The notes under the pieces are model-generated. The model was not told where the DNA came from, did no database searches, and saw only the letters and a list, made by a program, of their open reading frames with translations. A stretch of DNA of 64,000 bases from Octopus vulgaris (lineage: Eukaryota). Positions 38,947-55,985 of the stretch are shown here, one piece after another. Numbering within the stretch: the first letter of the stretch is position 1; each line of letters starts with the position of its first letter. The stretch lies in NCBI GenBank assembly GCA_951406725.2, contig OX597829.1:7192001-7256000 (forward strand), in the 5' to 3' direction. A program made the position numbers and the translations under genes.

Positions 38947-40737
38947 TGTTTCTTTATTAGCCACACAGGGCTGCACACAGACGGGAAAAATTACAAGGTA
39001 GAGCTTTTCATTATGGGGATAAAAAAAGGGGTTTTTGTTTTCGATCAAAAGGGATCGTAAGAGGAAAGAAAGAGGAAAGCAAAATAGGGGGGGGGGATAA
39101 AAATAAAGGGAAAAAGAAAAAATCGATCAATAGGGATCGTTATCACAGAAATGTCAATATAAGGTGTAAAGGGAAGGACAGGTGAGGTGGAAAGAAAAGC
39201 CTACGGAAAAGACCATGGTAACCTCGGTCAATGAAGTTACGTGTTATATTTTTTTTACAAATAAGCAACTCTCTGTATTAATTTTTACGGTTCATAGGAT
39301 CATAGACAAGGTGGCTTCGTCATTCATACGTGCCATCCTTGCTACATTCACCCATCTTTTTTTAAAAGATTCACTAAACAAAACTTGCCTCTCTACTCTC
39401 AATTTCCTCTTCAAGTGATACTTGAAGTTGATGAGAGATTGACCAGAGAGGAAAGTGGTTGTCTCTAATCCTTTCAGACGCGTCCACCAGATACATTCTT
39501 TCTCCATAGCCACAAGTATGATAAAAATAGCTCTTCCTTCCCGTTTGAAAAAAGGAGGCGTGACGATATTAACGATAGACTCGGCTGATAAACCGACACG
39601 TCCCACACGTGACAGCAGTCGTTCGATATAATCCCACAGGTCGGAGATTGTTGGACACTGCACGAGTGCGTGCAGAACGGTTTCGTCGCTCTGACCGCAT
39701 CTCGGGCAGGTCGGCCCCGTGTTTCTCGAGCCATGCCTATAGAGCTTATCCCGAACGGGTAACGCTTTCGGTAGCACTGCCAGGCAAGGGTTCTCTGGAA
39801 GTTGTTCATAGGTCCCGGCCCGAAAGTCGTCTCAAACAGGCGGGTCAGGTATTCCTCGTCGACGCCCAGATTCGCCCCAAGATCGTCGTCGTACCTCCCC
39901 TCCACTAATCCCCTATAGAATGCTTTGGTTGTGTTGAAGTCACCCAGGGTCGACCCGGGACGGCAGAGTTGCTTGAGAGCAACGCGACACTCGCGCTGCC
40001 ATTCGCTCTTCCTCGGCCTCTTTTTGATCCACGACTGCAGTTCTGTCATGGAGACGAGCTGCGGGAAAGCGTGCCTCACAAAGGACGACCACACCTGTTC
40101 ACCGTCGTCTACATAGAGCCTGAGATATCGCTGTCTCGGCGCGTGTCTGCGCATCATCAACCACGGCATGCTCAGCCCTCCTTTTAACGGGTGTTGACAG
40201 CAAATGGATCGTATGACCATCGGGACGCATCCTTTCCACAAGAAGCGGAAGAGAATGCGTTCTAGTTTGGTGATGGTAGGGTCGGGACAAGGTACGACGG
40301 TCAGGCGGTAGTAGATGATGGACGCGATGTACGTGTTTGCCACCTCCGCCCGACCTTTTAGAGACAGTTTCCTTTCGGCCCATTGCCGGACGAGAGTGAC
40401 CGCCCTACACGTTATCTTGTTCCAGTTCTTCTCCATTTGAAGGTGCGGACCGAACCAGATCCCGAGCAACTCAACCGTGCCAGCGTCCCACGACGGAGGT
40501 GCAGGTGGACGGCATGGGCTTGCTTCTCCAGGTGCTTGTTTCTCCAGGTGCCAAGCTGCAAGCCCACTGACTTTTCGCGGTTGATTTTCGCTCCTGTCAC
40601 CGCTTCGTAGTCTTTTAGTGTCTCGCTGACCAGCTCCATGTTCCCGTGGCTTGACACTATGACGGTGACGTCATCCGCGTATGCAGACACGCTCGTCCCG
40701 CATCCCAATTCTCGCGGGATGCCCCTCAGAGTCGCCA
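38947..40737 (-). mobile_element. Tx1/L1-clade LINE, 5'-truncated (RT C-terminal part + zf-RVT)
   Basis: [35 protein letters not shown] and CPRC..DETVLHAL..C motifs; 3' end abuts (GATA)n. Confidence 0.92.
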
Positions 40738-40742
40738 ATAGA

Positions 40743-40995
40743 TAAGTTTCTTTATTGGCCACACAGGGCTGCACACAGATGGGACAAGTTACAAGGTAGT
40801 GCTTTTCTTTTGGGGGATTAAAAAAACAAAAAAACAAAAAAACAATAGAAACAAAAAAAGGTGGCGTAGGTTTTCGATCAAAAGGGATCGTAAAAAGGAA
40901 AAAAAAAGAACAAAAAATAAAATTAAAAAAAGAAAAAAGGGAAAAAAGGAAAAGGAACAAAAGAAAAGAGAAATGAAAAAAAGAAGAAAAAGGGG

Positions 40996-40997
<2 letters not shown>
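40743..40997 (-). mobile_element. Tx1/L1-clade 3' UTR-only copy
   Basis: TTTCTTTATTGGCCACACAGGGCTGCACACAGA nearly identical to the other 3' ends. Confidence 0.8.
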
Positions 40998-41238
<241 letters not shown>

Positions 41239-41240
41239 TG

Positions 41241-43372
41241 ATATGTTTCTTTATTAGCCTCAGAGGGCTGCACAAAGACGGGACAGATTACAAAGTAGAG
41301 CTTTTTTTTATGGAGAGAAAAGGAAAAAAAGTGGGGTAGGTTTTCGATCAAAAGGGATCGCAAAAAGGAAAGAAAAAACGGAAAGAAAAGAAAAAACAGA
41401 AAAGGCAAAAAAACGATCAATAGGGATCGTGTATCACAGTGTCATGATGTAAAGTGTAAAGGATGAAGTAGATAGGGTTTATCCGTGGAAAGAAAAGCCT
41501 ATGTAAAACACCACGGTAACCTCGGTCAATAATGTCACATGTTACCACATTTGTTCGCAATTAGGTAACCCTCTGTTTTAATTTTTTCCGGGTTCATAGG
41601 ATTATGCTCAGGGTGGCTTCGTCATTCATACGTGCCATCCTTAGTACATTCACCAATCTTTTTTTTTAAAACATTCGCTAGACAAAACTTGCCTCTCTAC
41701 TCTCACTTTCCTTTTCAAGTGATACTTGAAGAAGTTGATGAGAGATTGACCAGAAAGGAAAGTGGTTGTCTCTAATCCTTTCAGACGCGGCCACCAGATA
41801 CACTCTTTCGCCATAGCCACAAGGATGATGAAAATAGCTCTTCCTTCCCGTTTGAAGGAAGGAGGCGTGACAATATTGGCGATAGACTCAGCTAATAAAC
41901 CGACTCGTCCCACACGTGACAGCAGTTTTTCGACATAAGCCCACAGGTCGGAAATTGTTGGACACTGCACGAGTGCGTGCAGAACTGTTTCGTCGCTCTG
42001 ACCGCATCTCGAGCAGGTCGGCCCCGTGTTTCTCGAGCCGTGTCTGTAGAGCTTATCCCGAACGGGTAGCGCTTCTCGGTAGTACTGCCAGGCCTGGGAT
42101 CCCTGGAAGTTATCCATGGACCCTGGACCGAAAGTCGACCTGAACAGGCGGGTCAGGTATTCCTCGTCGACGTCCAGGTTCGCCCAGAGCTCGTCGTCGT
42201 ACCTCCCCTCCACTAATCCCCTGTAGAATGCTTGGGTTGTGTTGAAGTCGCTCAAGGTCGACCCGGGACGGCATAGTTGCTTGAGAGCAACGCGACACTG
42301 GCGCTGCCATTCGCTCTTCCTCGGCCTCTTATTGTCCAGGATTGCAGCTCGGTCATGGAGACGAGTTGCGGGAAAGCGTGCTCACAAACGGCGACCACAC
42401 CTGTTCACCGTCGTCTACGTAGAGCCTGAGATGTCGCTGTCTCGGCGCGTGTCTGCGCATCATCAACCACGGCAATCCCAGTCCTCCTTTTAACGGGTGT
42501 TTGTAGCAAATAGATCGCCTGACCATCGGGACGCATCCTTTCCGCAAGAAGCGGAAGAGAATACGCTTCATTTTGGTGATGGTATGGTCGGAACAAGGTA
42601 CGACGGTCAGGCGATAGTAGATGATGAACGCGATGCATGTGTCCGCCACCTCCGCCCGATCTTTTAGGGACAGTTTTCCTGTCGGCTCCTCGCCGGGCGA
42701 GAGTTATCTCGTTCCAGTTCTTCCACATTTGGAGGTCCGGACCGAACCAGACCCCGAGCAACTCAACTGGACCGTCGGTCAAGCGTTCCACGACCGAAGC
42801 GTTGGTGGACGGCATGGGCTTGCTTCTCCAGGTGCCGAGCCGCAAGCCCACTGACTTTTCGTGGTTGATTTTCGCTCCTGCCAACGCTTCGTAGTTTTTC
42901 AGTGTCTCGCCGACCTGCTCGATGTGCTCGTGGCTAGATACTATGACGGTGACATCGTCCGCGTATGTAGATCGCTCGTCTCGCAACCCAATTCTCGCGT
43001 GATGCCCCTCAGAGACGCCAGCTTCCGCAGTAATGGCTTGAGAGTCAATACGTATAGAAGCAACGAGAGGGGGCATCCCTGACGAACCGAACGTGCAATG
43101 TCGAAAGGTCTCGATAGATGTCCATTTATGTGAATTACCGAACGGATACCTCTGTACAAAGCAGTTATCCAGCTGTGGAAGACGGGACCGAAGCCATCCG
43201 CTCTGAGGACAGCCTCCAAGTATCGATGGTCTATCTTATCGAAAGCTTTCGTTTGATCCAAATTGATCAGGGCCCCACCCATGCCAGGTTCGTTAACTAC
43301 CCTGTCTATGATGTAGCGCATCAGATGGAGGTTGTCATGGATGCTCCGGCACGGCACGGTGCACGTTTGCGA
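41241..43372 (-). mobile_element. Tx1/L1-clade LINE, 5'-truncated (RT + zf-RVT), frameshifted
   Basis: RSIHDN, LDQTKAFDKIDH, VRQGCPLS and TYADDVTV motifs; 3' end abuts (GA)/(GATA)n. Confidence 0.92.
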
Positions 43373-43411
<39 letters not shown>

Positions 43412-43447
43412 CCATAGAGGGTTGCATTTACAACCCCTATCTCAATT

Positions 43448-43481
<34 letters not shown>

Positions 43482-43637
43482 AATGTGTGAATGTCTGATT
43501 GTGTGTGTGTATATATATGTGTAATATTTAGTTGTCTGTGTCTGTATCTATACATATAGATAGATATACAGAGATGTCGTTACATAAATACACATGTTCA
43601 TGTATACATTTTTATGGATATACATATACACACGCTC

Positions 43638-43688
<51 letters not shown>

Positions 43689-43808
43689 AATATTCATATA
43701 AATGCATATATCTATACTTATATGGATGTGTTTCTATGCATACATATATATCAGATGTATATGATGTATATGGATATATATATATATAATACAACTATAT
43801 TATTACTA

Positions 43809-43848
<40 letters not shown>

Positions 43849-43986
43849 CATCATCATCATATGTATGTATATACATATATAACCAAATGTTCAGGCATAA
43901 TATCTATATACATTGTGCGGGTTGAGCAGAGTGGGGGTCATAGATATATATATATATAGATTGAATTGATATATCAGTTCCATTCT

Positions 43987-44040
43987 AGCAAAAACTGTCT
44001 GATGAACGGCAACGAGAAACTCAGAGTAACAGATTTTGTT
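43987..44040 (+). ncRNA. Minimal type I hammerhead (H7, copy 1)
   Basis: Stem I AGCAAAAACUGU/ACAGAUUUUGUU; CUGAUGA; stem II CG-GCAA-CG; GAAACUCAGAGUA. Confidence 0.72.
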
Positions 44041-44059
44041 GAATTTTCTGCTGCTTAAA

Positions 44060-44096
<37 letters not shown>

Positions 44097-44165
44097 ACAT
44101 GGAGTAACCCATCAGATTGATGCAAAATTGTTTTCATTATAACTGTACATAAAAAAAGTTCAATA

Positions 44166-45726
<1,561 letters not shown>

Positions 45727-45928
45727 TATAATATAATATAATATAATATAATATAATATAATATAATATAATATAATATAATATAATATGATATGATATA
45801 ATATAATATAATATAATATAATATAATATAATATGATATGATATAATATAATATAATATAATATAATATAATATAATATAATATGATATGCTATAATATA
45901 ATATATAATATAATATAATATAATATAT
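45727..45928. repeat. (ATATA)n pentanucleotide repeat
   Basis: Direct repeat. Confidence 0.93.
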
Positions 45929-45929
45929 A

Positions 45930-46311
45930 GGCACAGGGGTGGCTGTGTAGTAAGTAGCTTGGTTACCAACCTCATGGTTCCGGGTTCAGTCCCACTGCGT
46001 GGCACCTTGGGCAAGTGTCTTCTACTATAGCCTCGGGCCGACCAAAGCCTTGTGAGTGGATTTGGTAGACGGAAACTGAAAGAAGCCTGTCGTGTATATG
46101 TATATATATATATGTGTGTTTGTATGTGTGTGTTTGTGTATCTGTGTTTGTCATATATGATATGTTCATGTCCTCATAACTTAGCGGTTCGGAAAAAGAG
46201 ACCGATAGAATAAGTACTAGGCTTCCAAAGAATAAGTCCTGTGGTCGATTTTCTCGACTAAAGGCGCTGCTCCAGCATGGCTGCAGTGAAATGACTGAAA
46301 CAAGTAAAAGA

Positions 46312-46312
<1 letters not shown>
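45930..46312 (+). mobile_element. SINE family A
   Basis: Colinear with 22373-22806. Confidence 0.9.
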
Positions 46313-46390
<78 letters not shown>

Positions 46391-46392
<2 letters not shown>

Positions 46393-46555
46393 GGAGTAAA
46401 CACATAAATGTGAAACAAGGTGGAAAAAAGAGTACTCAAATACCAGAGGTAGAGTAATATGCTTTATTTAAAAGTTTTGTTAAACTGTCCGACGAACGGG
46501 AACGAGAAACTCCGAGTAACAGGTTTTGTTGAATTTCTGCTGCTTTTAAATAAAG

Positions 46556-46560
<5 letters not shown>
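46391..46560. mobile_element. H7-family pLTR with an inverted upstream segment, in (TA)n
   Basis: ATATGCTTTATTTAAAAG (46457-46474) is the near-perfect reverse complement of CTTTTAAATAAAGTATAT (46543-46560); HHR in between. Confidence 0.7.
46482..46527 (+). ncRNA. Minimal type I hammerhead (H7, copy 2)
   Basis: AAACUGU CCGACGA A CG-GGAA-CG A GAAACUCCGAGUA ACAGGUUUU. Confidence 0.65.
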
Positions 46561-46589
<29 letters not shown>

Positions 46590-46903
46590 AATCACATTTT
46601 GATATACGCTAGCACACACGCGTGCAAACACACACACAAGCACGCACACGCGTATATAGATCGATGGAGGAACGAAGAATAAATTCAACAAATAGACAGT
46701 TGAGCAGAGATAGAAACAGAGAGTGAGTGAGAGAGAGAGAGAGAGAGTGTGTGGGTGAGAGAGGGAGAAGAAGGGGAACTAGAGAGAGACAAAGATGAAG
46801 TATGTACATAGAAATTAGTTTTTTAACAATGATAATCGTAATAACATGAGAAAGTCAACTTTGAATATTAATAATGAAATTTATTATTATTATTATTATT
46901 ATT

Positions 46904-47402
46904 GAGTATACCCATCATGACTACCCGTCTGATAAGGGTACACCAGGCACATGCATCACAACCATATGTGCGCGACATGGTGATCTCATATCAAGATAAA
47001 CAGCAGATGACCTTGCAGGTGGGGGCCCAGTTAGAATTTTCTTCAGGTTGAGTAGCCCATTCCGCTCAAAAGGTCCCTGAATAAGGGTTGTTTAAGGATG
47101 TTGAAAGAACCACCCATGTTTCCAGAGGTGAATTATTCAAACCCCAAAGAATCCCTCTCAACACATGGCTATGATGCTCCCCCACTACTTCTGCTCGTGA
47201 TCAGAGATGCACATATCGTCAGCCACTAAGGGACATGCTCAACTGGTTAAGGTCAAACAACTGACAAGCAAATCTGTGGTATTGAGCAGAATATTTGCTG
47301 TAGCCCATCTTTTATACCAAGACAAAACAATGTACATGATAACACTTCCAATCAGTTAAGATCAGAAGCCATGAGAGCCACTGCCTGGTACTGCATCAGG
47401 GC

Positions 47403-47404
<2 letters not shown>
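46904..47404. mobile_element. (TTA)n-flanked non-coding element, copy 2
   Basis: Matches 31265-31820 with a short deletion near the left end at an AGT microhomology. Confidence 0.85.
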
Positions 47405-47495
<91 letters not shown>

Positions 47496-47535
47496 CATTA
47501 TTAATATTACTATTATTATTATTATTATTACTATT

Positions 47536-47603
<68 letters not shown>

Positions 47604-47617
47604 TATTATTATTATTA

Positions 47618-47650
<33 letters not shown>
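47405..47650. repeat. (ATT)n/(ATC)n microsatellite
   Basis: Direct repeats. Confidence 0.95.
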
Positions 47651-47652
<2 letters not shown>

Positions 47653-47800
47653 GACGTCGCACAGTATACAATATCGTGAGGTTGTTGATTGAAAATATAT
47701 CTACCTAGGGTTTGTACTGTTTGTCAAGTCACAACAAAGACCTCAGACAGACAATAATTGACGCAATATGTGTGCAGTTCCATGTAATGGTGACTTTTGC

Positions 47801-48385
47801 AATGCCATCAAAGTGACACTGGGGTAAAATATATGAAGCCCAGTATACCCATCACGACTACCCATCTGATAAGGGTACACTAGGCACATGCATCACAACC
47901 ATATGTGCGTGACATTGCGATCTCATATCAAGATAAACATCTCATGACCTTGCGGGTGGGGCCCAGTTAGAATTTTCTTCTCGTCGAGTAGCCTATTCCA
48001 CTCAAAAGGTCCCTGAATAAGGGTTGTTTAAGGATGTTGAGTGAAACACCCATGTTTCCAGTGGTGAATGATCCAAACCCCAAAGAATCCCTCTCAACAC
48101 TATTAAGAAAAACAACAACAAGAAGAAGGCTATGATGCTCCCCCCAACTTCTGCTCATGATCAGAGATGCACATATCGTCAGCCACTAAGGGACATGCTC
48201 AACTGGTTAAGGTCAAACAACTGACAAGCAAATCTGTGGTATTGAGCAGAATATTTGCTGTAGCCCATCTTTTATACCAAGACAAAACAATGTACATGAC
48301 AACACTTCCAATCAGTTAAGATCAGAAGCCATGAGATCCACTGCCTGGTACTGCATCAGGGCATTTAGGCACTGTATCAGGGCAT
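47801..48385. mobile_element. (TTA)n-associated non-coding element, copy 3
   Basis: Matches 31265-31820; small A-rich insertion at ~48100 and duplicated terminal ACTG.ATCAGGGCATTTA. Confidence 0.85.
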
Positions 48386-48497
48386 TTATTATTATCATTA
48401 TTATTATTATTATTATTATTATTGTTGTTGTTGTTGTTGTTGTTGTTGCTGTTGTTGTTGTTGTTTATATTATCATTACTTGTAGTGGTGGTGGTGA

Positions 48498-48530
<33 letters not shown>

Positions 48531-48801
48531 GATGATGAGGAGGAGGAGGAGGAAGTGGTAGGAGGAGGAGGAAGTGGTAGGAGGAGGAGGGGGAACTACA
48601 GCAGCAGCAGCTACAGAAGAACAAAAGCGGAAGAAGAGGAAGAAGAAGGAGTGATAGTAGAGATGGTGGTGGTGGGGGGTTGGTCGTCCTCGTCGTCATC
48701 GTAGTAGTAGTATCATTTTTGTCGATAGTAATACTATGTTCATAATAACATGAGTAAGGATATTCACAATAATAATTGAAATAATAATAATAATAATAAT
48801 G

Positions 48802-48855
<54 letters not shown>

Positions 48856-48858
48856 GTA

Positions 48859-48922
<64 letters not shown>

Positions 48923-49897
48923 CAACAACAACAATAGTGGTTTCTTTATTAACCATATTTGCAAATACCTTATGGACAGCACAGGCTAAAGCAAATGAAG
49001 TGTGCGTATGTGTGTGAGTGTTTGTTGTTGAGAAGGTTTCGCGTGCAAAGAAGACTCACAAAATTTTTAAAATCAGCAACGTTTGATCCTCATTGGGGAG
49101 GAACCGTTCGAGGGCTGCTCATGGGAAAAACGCCTAAAAAACCATGGTGGTTACCCTGACTTTTGGGGCAGGTGTTTTTATATTTCCCTTTATTCCAACT
49201 ATAGGGATATACTCAGGGCAGGCCTGTTCATTCGTATCATTCTCGCACTTTCATCCACCATTCAACAAACTGGTTAGAAGACAACTCTTCTTTTTCTATC
49301 ATTGTTTTCTTTTTCAAGTGAAACTTCAACATGATCATCAGGGATTGGCCAAAGAGAAAAGTGTGTCTTCAGCCCATTTAATCTCATCCATCTTTCGCCA
49401 TAAAACAATAGTTAAAATAATGATAATAAAATTCTTTCTACAAATAGACATGAGGACAGAAATTTTAGAGGAAAGGGTGAGTCGAAAATATCAACCCCAA
49501 AGTGTTAGAAGGCAATGACGACCAATATGGAATTTGAACCTGAAACGTATTAACGGACGAAATGCCGATGAGCTTTTTGTTCGCCAATATGCGTATCATT
49601 TCAGTCGGATAAAATCATTCTTAATAGATAAGTATACAAAGAAATATTTGTATATATGAATATTTATGTATCATTTTATATACATATACATATTGATATA
49701 TGTGTACATACAAACATGCGATCAGAAGTATATATGCCTGCATGCATGATGTATATAGATACTCTGACATTTCATTACAGTTATACAGGCGAGGGCATAT
49801 GTGCGTGTATCTTATTTACATTTTAAACTATATATGATGTACATATATATATGCATATAAATATATGCATATACGTATGCATATATTTATATGCATC

Positions 49898-49952
<55 letters not shown>

Positions 49953-50120
49953 TATATAGAGGGCATTATTACACATAAATGCCGCACGCTAAGAGGGACA
50001 TTTAAAGTCATAACTACCAACAATAAACGAATCGTACCGAATTTACAGATTTTTTTCTCTTAAGAGGTTTTTCACGTTAAGTACCTGATAATTTCTTATT
50101 AAGATTTTACGCTATTTTTA

Positions 50121-50198
<78 letters not shown>

Positions 50199-50220
50199 CG
50201 CATTTATACGTTATACACTA

Positions 50221-50267
50221 AAAACTGTCCGATGAACGGCAACAGGAAACTCAGAGTAACAGGTTTT
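50221..50267 (+). ncRNA. Minimal type I hammerhead (H7, copy 3)
   Basis: AAAACUGU CCGAUGA ACGGCAACAG GAAACUCAGAGUA ACAGGUUUU, between (TA)n tracts. Confidence 0.6.
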
Positions 50268-50294
50268 GTTGACTTTTCTACTGCTTTAGATAAA

Positions 50295-50353
<59 letters not shown>

Positions 50354-50409
50354 AGTGTGTACATATATGTATACATATGTATGTATATGTATGTATATGT
50401 ATGTATATG

Positions 50410-50467
<58 letters not shown>

Positions 50468-50681
50468 GTAGATATATACCTACATACGTACATGCATATT
50501 GGTATGTACATATGTAGGAACCTGTTGGGTATGACTTTATGTATACTTTTGTGACAATCATAATGAATTTATACGGAAATCCAAAAGATATATCTAAGAA
50601 TTATACAAAAAATACATGTACACAGCTTACGTGCATATATATACGTATATACATATCTACGTATATATATTGATATATATA

Positions 50682-50716
<35 letters not shown>

Positions 50717-50862
50717 TAGATAGATAGATAGATAGATATACATATGTATATATATATATACGCACACATATATATATATCCATACATATATATATGTGGG
50801 TATATATATGAATATATATGTATATACGTATATATGTATGTAGACACATGCGCAAGTAGACA

Positions 50863-50944
<82 letters not shown>

Positions 50945-51095
50945 TGTACGTTTATATGAATGTATATATGCATATATATATATGGACATTATATATATAT
51001 ATATATATAAGTGTGTATGTGTATATAAATATATATTGGTATATGAATATATATGTATATACGTATATATGTATATAGACATGCGCAAGCACACA

Positions 51096-51141
<46 letters not shown>

Positions 51142-51172
51142 TTTATATGAATATATATATTTACATATATAA

Positions 51173-51212
<40 letters not shown>

Positions 51213-51223
51213 TTATATATATG

Positions 51224-51275
<52 letters not shown>

Positions 51276-51537
51276 AGTAGAACTGAATATATGTATGTAT
51301 TTGTTACTATTTAGCAGACTTAATGGAGTAAGGCAAGAACGAGATTTTCGTGCGTTGACACTTATCGAACAAGTTTAATACGTATCAACGCATGAAATTC
51401 TCCAAATTATAAGAAACTGTTAAACATCAATCTACATTCCTAAGTGTGACCACCCAAAGCTCTCGGCTCTTGTGTCACACTATTGCTTCTGCTAATTAAT
51501 AATAAATAATTAAATATGTATATATATATAAATATAC

Positions 51538-51943
51538 CAGGAGTGGCTGTGTGGTAAGTAGCTTGCTAACCAACCACATGGTTCCGGGTTCAGTCCCACT
51601 GCGTGGCATCTTGGGCAAGTGTCTTCTGCTGTAGCCCCGGGCCGACCAATGCCTTGTGAGTGGATTTGGTAGACGGAAACTGAAAGAAGCCTGTCGTATA
51701 TATGTACATATATATGTATGTTTGTGTGTATGTTTGTGTGTCTGTGTTTGTCCCTCTAGTATTGCTTGACAACCGATGCTGGTGTGTTTACGTCCCCGTT
51801 ACTTAGCGGTTCGGCAAAAGAGACCGATAGAATAAGTACTGGGCTTACAAAGAATAAGTCCCGGGGTCGATTTGCTCGACTAAAGGCGGTGCTCCAGCAT
51901 GGCCGCAGTCAAATGACTGAAACAAGTAAAAGAGTAAAAGAGT
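51538..51943 (+). mobile_element. SINE family A
   Basis: Near-consensus copy with GAGTAAAA tail. Confidence 0.9.
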
Positions 51944-51962
51944 ACATATTATTTATATATTT

Positions 51963-52013
<51 letters not shown>

Positions 52014-52264
52014 CAGATAGATAGGTAGATCGATCGATAGATAGATAGATAGATAAGGCGCGAAATTGCGTTTGACCATCTGGTCGATAACTGATAAGGA
52101 TTTGGTGTAATTATGTGTCTGTTATTCATATCTTTGTACATTTAAAATATGTTTTTTGACTATTACATGCACATATACATATGCATAAATGAGTATATGT
52201 ATATGTATATGTAAATATATATATAGATATATGGATTTATTTATATGTATGTATAGGTATATAA

Positions 52265-52322
<58 letters not shown>

Positions 52323-52354
52323 ACATATACATATATATATGTACATGTATACGT

Positions 52355-52385
<31 letters not shown>

Positions 52386-52533
52386 CATATATATATATAT
52401 TTATGTATGTATGTATATATATGCGTGTGTGTGTGTTGTGTGTGTATGTGAGTGCGTGTATGTGAGTGTGTGTATGACTGCCTGTGTGTGTATATATGTA
52501 AATATATGTCACATATATGTATGTGTATAAATA

Positions 52534-52577
<44 letters not shown>

Positions 52578-52836
52578 CCATAGATAGACAAATAGATTTA
52601 ATAAATATATAGATCGATAGATAGATATACATACATAGAAACTGCTCTGTTTGTGAGTATGCCTGTACGTATAAGTATATATAAGACACACACGTAAAAA
52701 AGAATTAAATACGTTAAACACGGTACTTTTGGCCATTCTTAGTGATTCATCAAATTAATGTTTAAAGGTTTTTTCCCCATTTTGTAAAAGAAAAATATAC
52801 GCGCATTTATGTGCATTTTAAGAATGCGTATACGTG

Positions 52837-52869
<33 letters not shown>

Positions 52870-52967
52870 TTGTATACACACACACGCTTCTTTATGCCTA
52901 TGTTTAACATGCACAAATATAGATATTTATCCATATACATATAATTAAAAATATATGCGTATGTATG

Positions 52968-53028
<61 letters not shown>

Positions 53029-53351
53029 ATATATGTATATACATATATATATATATAAATATAAATATATATATATATAAATTTTGTTCATCGCTTATAC
53101 TGTAAGTTTCTGGTGTATAAGTTTTTAATGTTTATGCATATACACGCACACTAACACTGATCTGCGAATGTATAATATAATAGATATGCTTGTGTGTGCA
53201 TGTGTGTGCATGTGTATATATATAAGTACATAGATATCTTTCTCGGAAGGATATACATTGATACACATATACATACATTTATAAAACTGTATATATATAT
53301 ATATGTATATATATATATGTATATATATGTATATACATATATATATATATA

Positions 53352-53388
<37 letters not shown>

Positions 53389-53416
53389 GATAATTATATA
53401 TATATACACATAAATG

Positions 53417-53822
<406 letters not shown>

Positions 53823-54097
53823 TGTCCCCTGTGTAAATGTTTGAACAGATTTAGATAAGTATGTACCCACTCTGAGGCAACGGTGTTCAGCTAAGAATTG
53901 TTTGCGACCAAATGTGGCCGAACTGATGAATTACATTCACATGAAATTTCATCTAAGGCAAACGTAGTAAAATATTTTTTTGAATTCACCTGCAAAATCT
54001 GGCTCACGCACACGCACAGACATATTTAATTTCAATAATATCCCTCTAAATACAGAAATGTATAAAACATTATATATGTACCTATATCCATATATTA

Positions 54098-54210
<113 letters not shown>

Positions 54211-54272
54211 TACATATATGTAGTTACATGTATTTACATAAACATATAAATATATTATATAATATACATGCA

Positions 54273-54333
<61 letters not shown>

Positions 54334-54425
54334 TTATTTAAACATATGTCTTGAAATATGTATTCATATACATAAATATATACATACCCATATATATATA
54401 TATATATACATACATACATACACAC

Positions 54426-54510
<85 letters not shown>

Positions 54511-54513
<3 letters not shown>

Positions 54514-54800
54514 CAAATGCCAGAGCTGGCGCCATTGTATTGTACCAAATGTACTACCCACTCCATCTAAATTTAAGTCCAGGTACTGCAATAGTCTAAG
54601 GTTCAAAGGGCCACAGCTCTTCATTGCTCTGCCACAAAACTTAAGGAATCTGCATAAGGTGGAAGTAGATGTCTTCAAAAGAGAAACATGACATCCTCTT
54701 CTCCGCAACCCCAGATGAAACAACAGACCGACATGAGATGCAGACGGGGGCAGCGTAATCAAAATTCCTCATACACCAAACGGGTGAACAGCTGGGACAA
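54511..54800 (+). mobile_element. CR1/L2-like LINE 3' fragment
   Basis: [27 protein letters not shown], homologous to 60690-60865. Confidence 0.65.
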
Positions 54801-54952
54801 AGGCACCTACAGGAGTGGTGATGTGAATCACCCCAGACTGAGGAAATCAGAAAGACCATAGTGGTGCTCCACAGCTGCATTACTGAAACAAGTGAAGGAA
54901 TAAAATAATATATCTATATAAATATATATATATATGCATATATATATATATA

Positions 54953-55026
<74 letters not shown>

Positions 55027-55065
55027 CATATATATATATGTATATATATGTATATACATACATAC

Positions 55066-55127
<62 letters not shown>

Positions 55128-55165
55128 GAAAGAAGGTTTGAAAATGTCATTTAAAAGATGTTTAT

Positions 55166-55210
55166 TTACTTTACCGGTTTCACTCTTTGGAAAAAGATTG
55201 TCAAAAGTAA
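55166..55210 (-). ncRNA. Variant type I hammerhead (H8) with U3-A8 core
   Basis: Stem I UUACUU/AAGUAA; core UUGACAA; stem II UCUUU-UUCC-AAAGA (+GU); GAAACCGGUA with ACCGGU palindrome; AAUAAA follows. Confidence 0.5.
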
Positions 55211-55272
55211 CATGTAGAAGTTTTGTTGCGTTAATTATTGGTTGTTAAAAGTTGCTACGTTACATATATACA

Positions 55273-55640
55273 GTCTTTGGTGACAGGGACATGTTAAGGA
55301 TATAAAAAAAGTTCAACAAGTTCCTTAAAATATTGGGCACAAAAGATTACTACATAAATAATCGTTCTCAAGAACATGCTTAAGATAGTTTCCAGAAGGA
55401 ATTTATATTGGTATTGGTATTGTATCTGTATATTCAAACATGCACAGAATATTGGTTGACACAGAGTACTACAATCCATATAAATATACATTCTTTGGTG
55501 ACAAGAGTATGTTGAGAATATAAAAAAGTTTAACAAGCTCATTGAAATAATGGGCACAAAAGATTACAACAAATATATTATACATCTCAAGATAATTTCC
55601 AGAAGGAATTATTAAAAAAGTTCAGTATACACGTACAGAA
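55273..55640. repeat. Diverged ~219-bp tandem duplication
   Basis: TCTTTGGTGACA...TGGGCACAAAAGATTAC at ~55274 and ~55492. Confidence 0.7.
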
Positions 55641-55777
55641 TATTATGAGTTCAAAAAGAATTACATTATAATAGTGGTGAAGCTAAAAATTGACCTGTCC
55701 GGACATTTAATGTGGTTTTAGAGTCAAGTTTTGGCTGCTATTTCCAGCGTGGTGTTATCTCTTAGACGCTCTAAATT

Positions 55778-55845
<68 letters not shown>

Positions 55846-55888
55846 CTGTAAATGTAAATGTGATACGTAACAATTATATGATAGCCAT

Positions 55889-55948
55889 GATAAAACTCCG
55901 AGTTTCGGATGTCGGGGTGGAAATCCACGCCGCCACCTCTTCAGTTAT
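55889..55948 (-). ncRNA. Type I hammerhead (H9, copy 1, canonical core)
   Basis: AUAA CUGAAGA GGUGGCGGCGUGG-AUUU-CCACCCCGACAUCC GAAACUCGGAGUU UUAUC. Confidence 0.72.
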
Positions 55949-55985
55949 TCGGCCATCGGAAAAATGCTATGAAAAATGATGGCCG

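Noticed and set aside
51341-51402. ~18-bp imperfect inverted repeat as miRNA or MITE
   Set aside because: Single copy, large loop, no TSD or other support
53921-53955. CUGAUGA...GAAAUUUC motif
   Set aside because: Stems I and II barely pair; consistent with chance or an unrecognisably decayed copy
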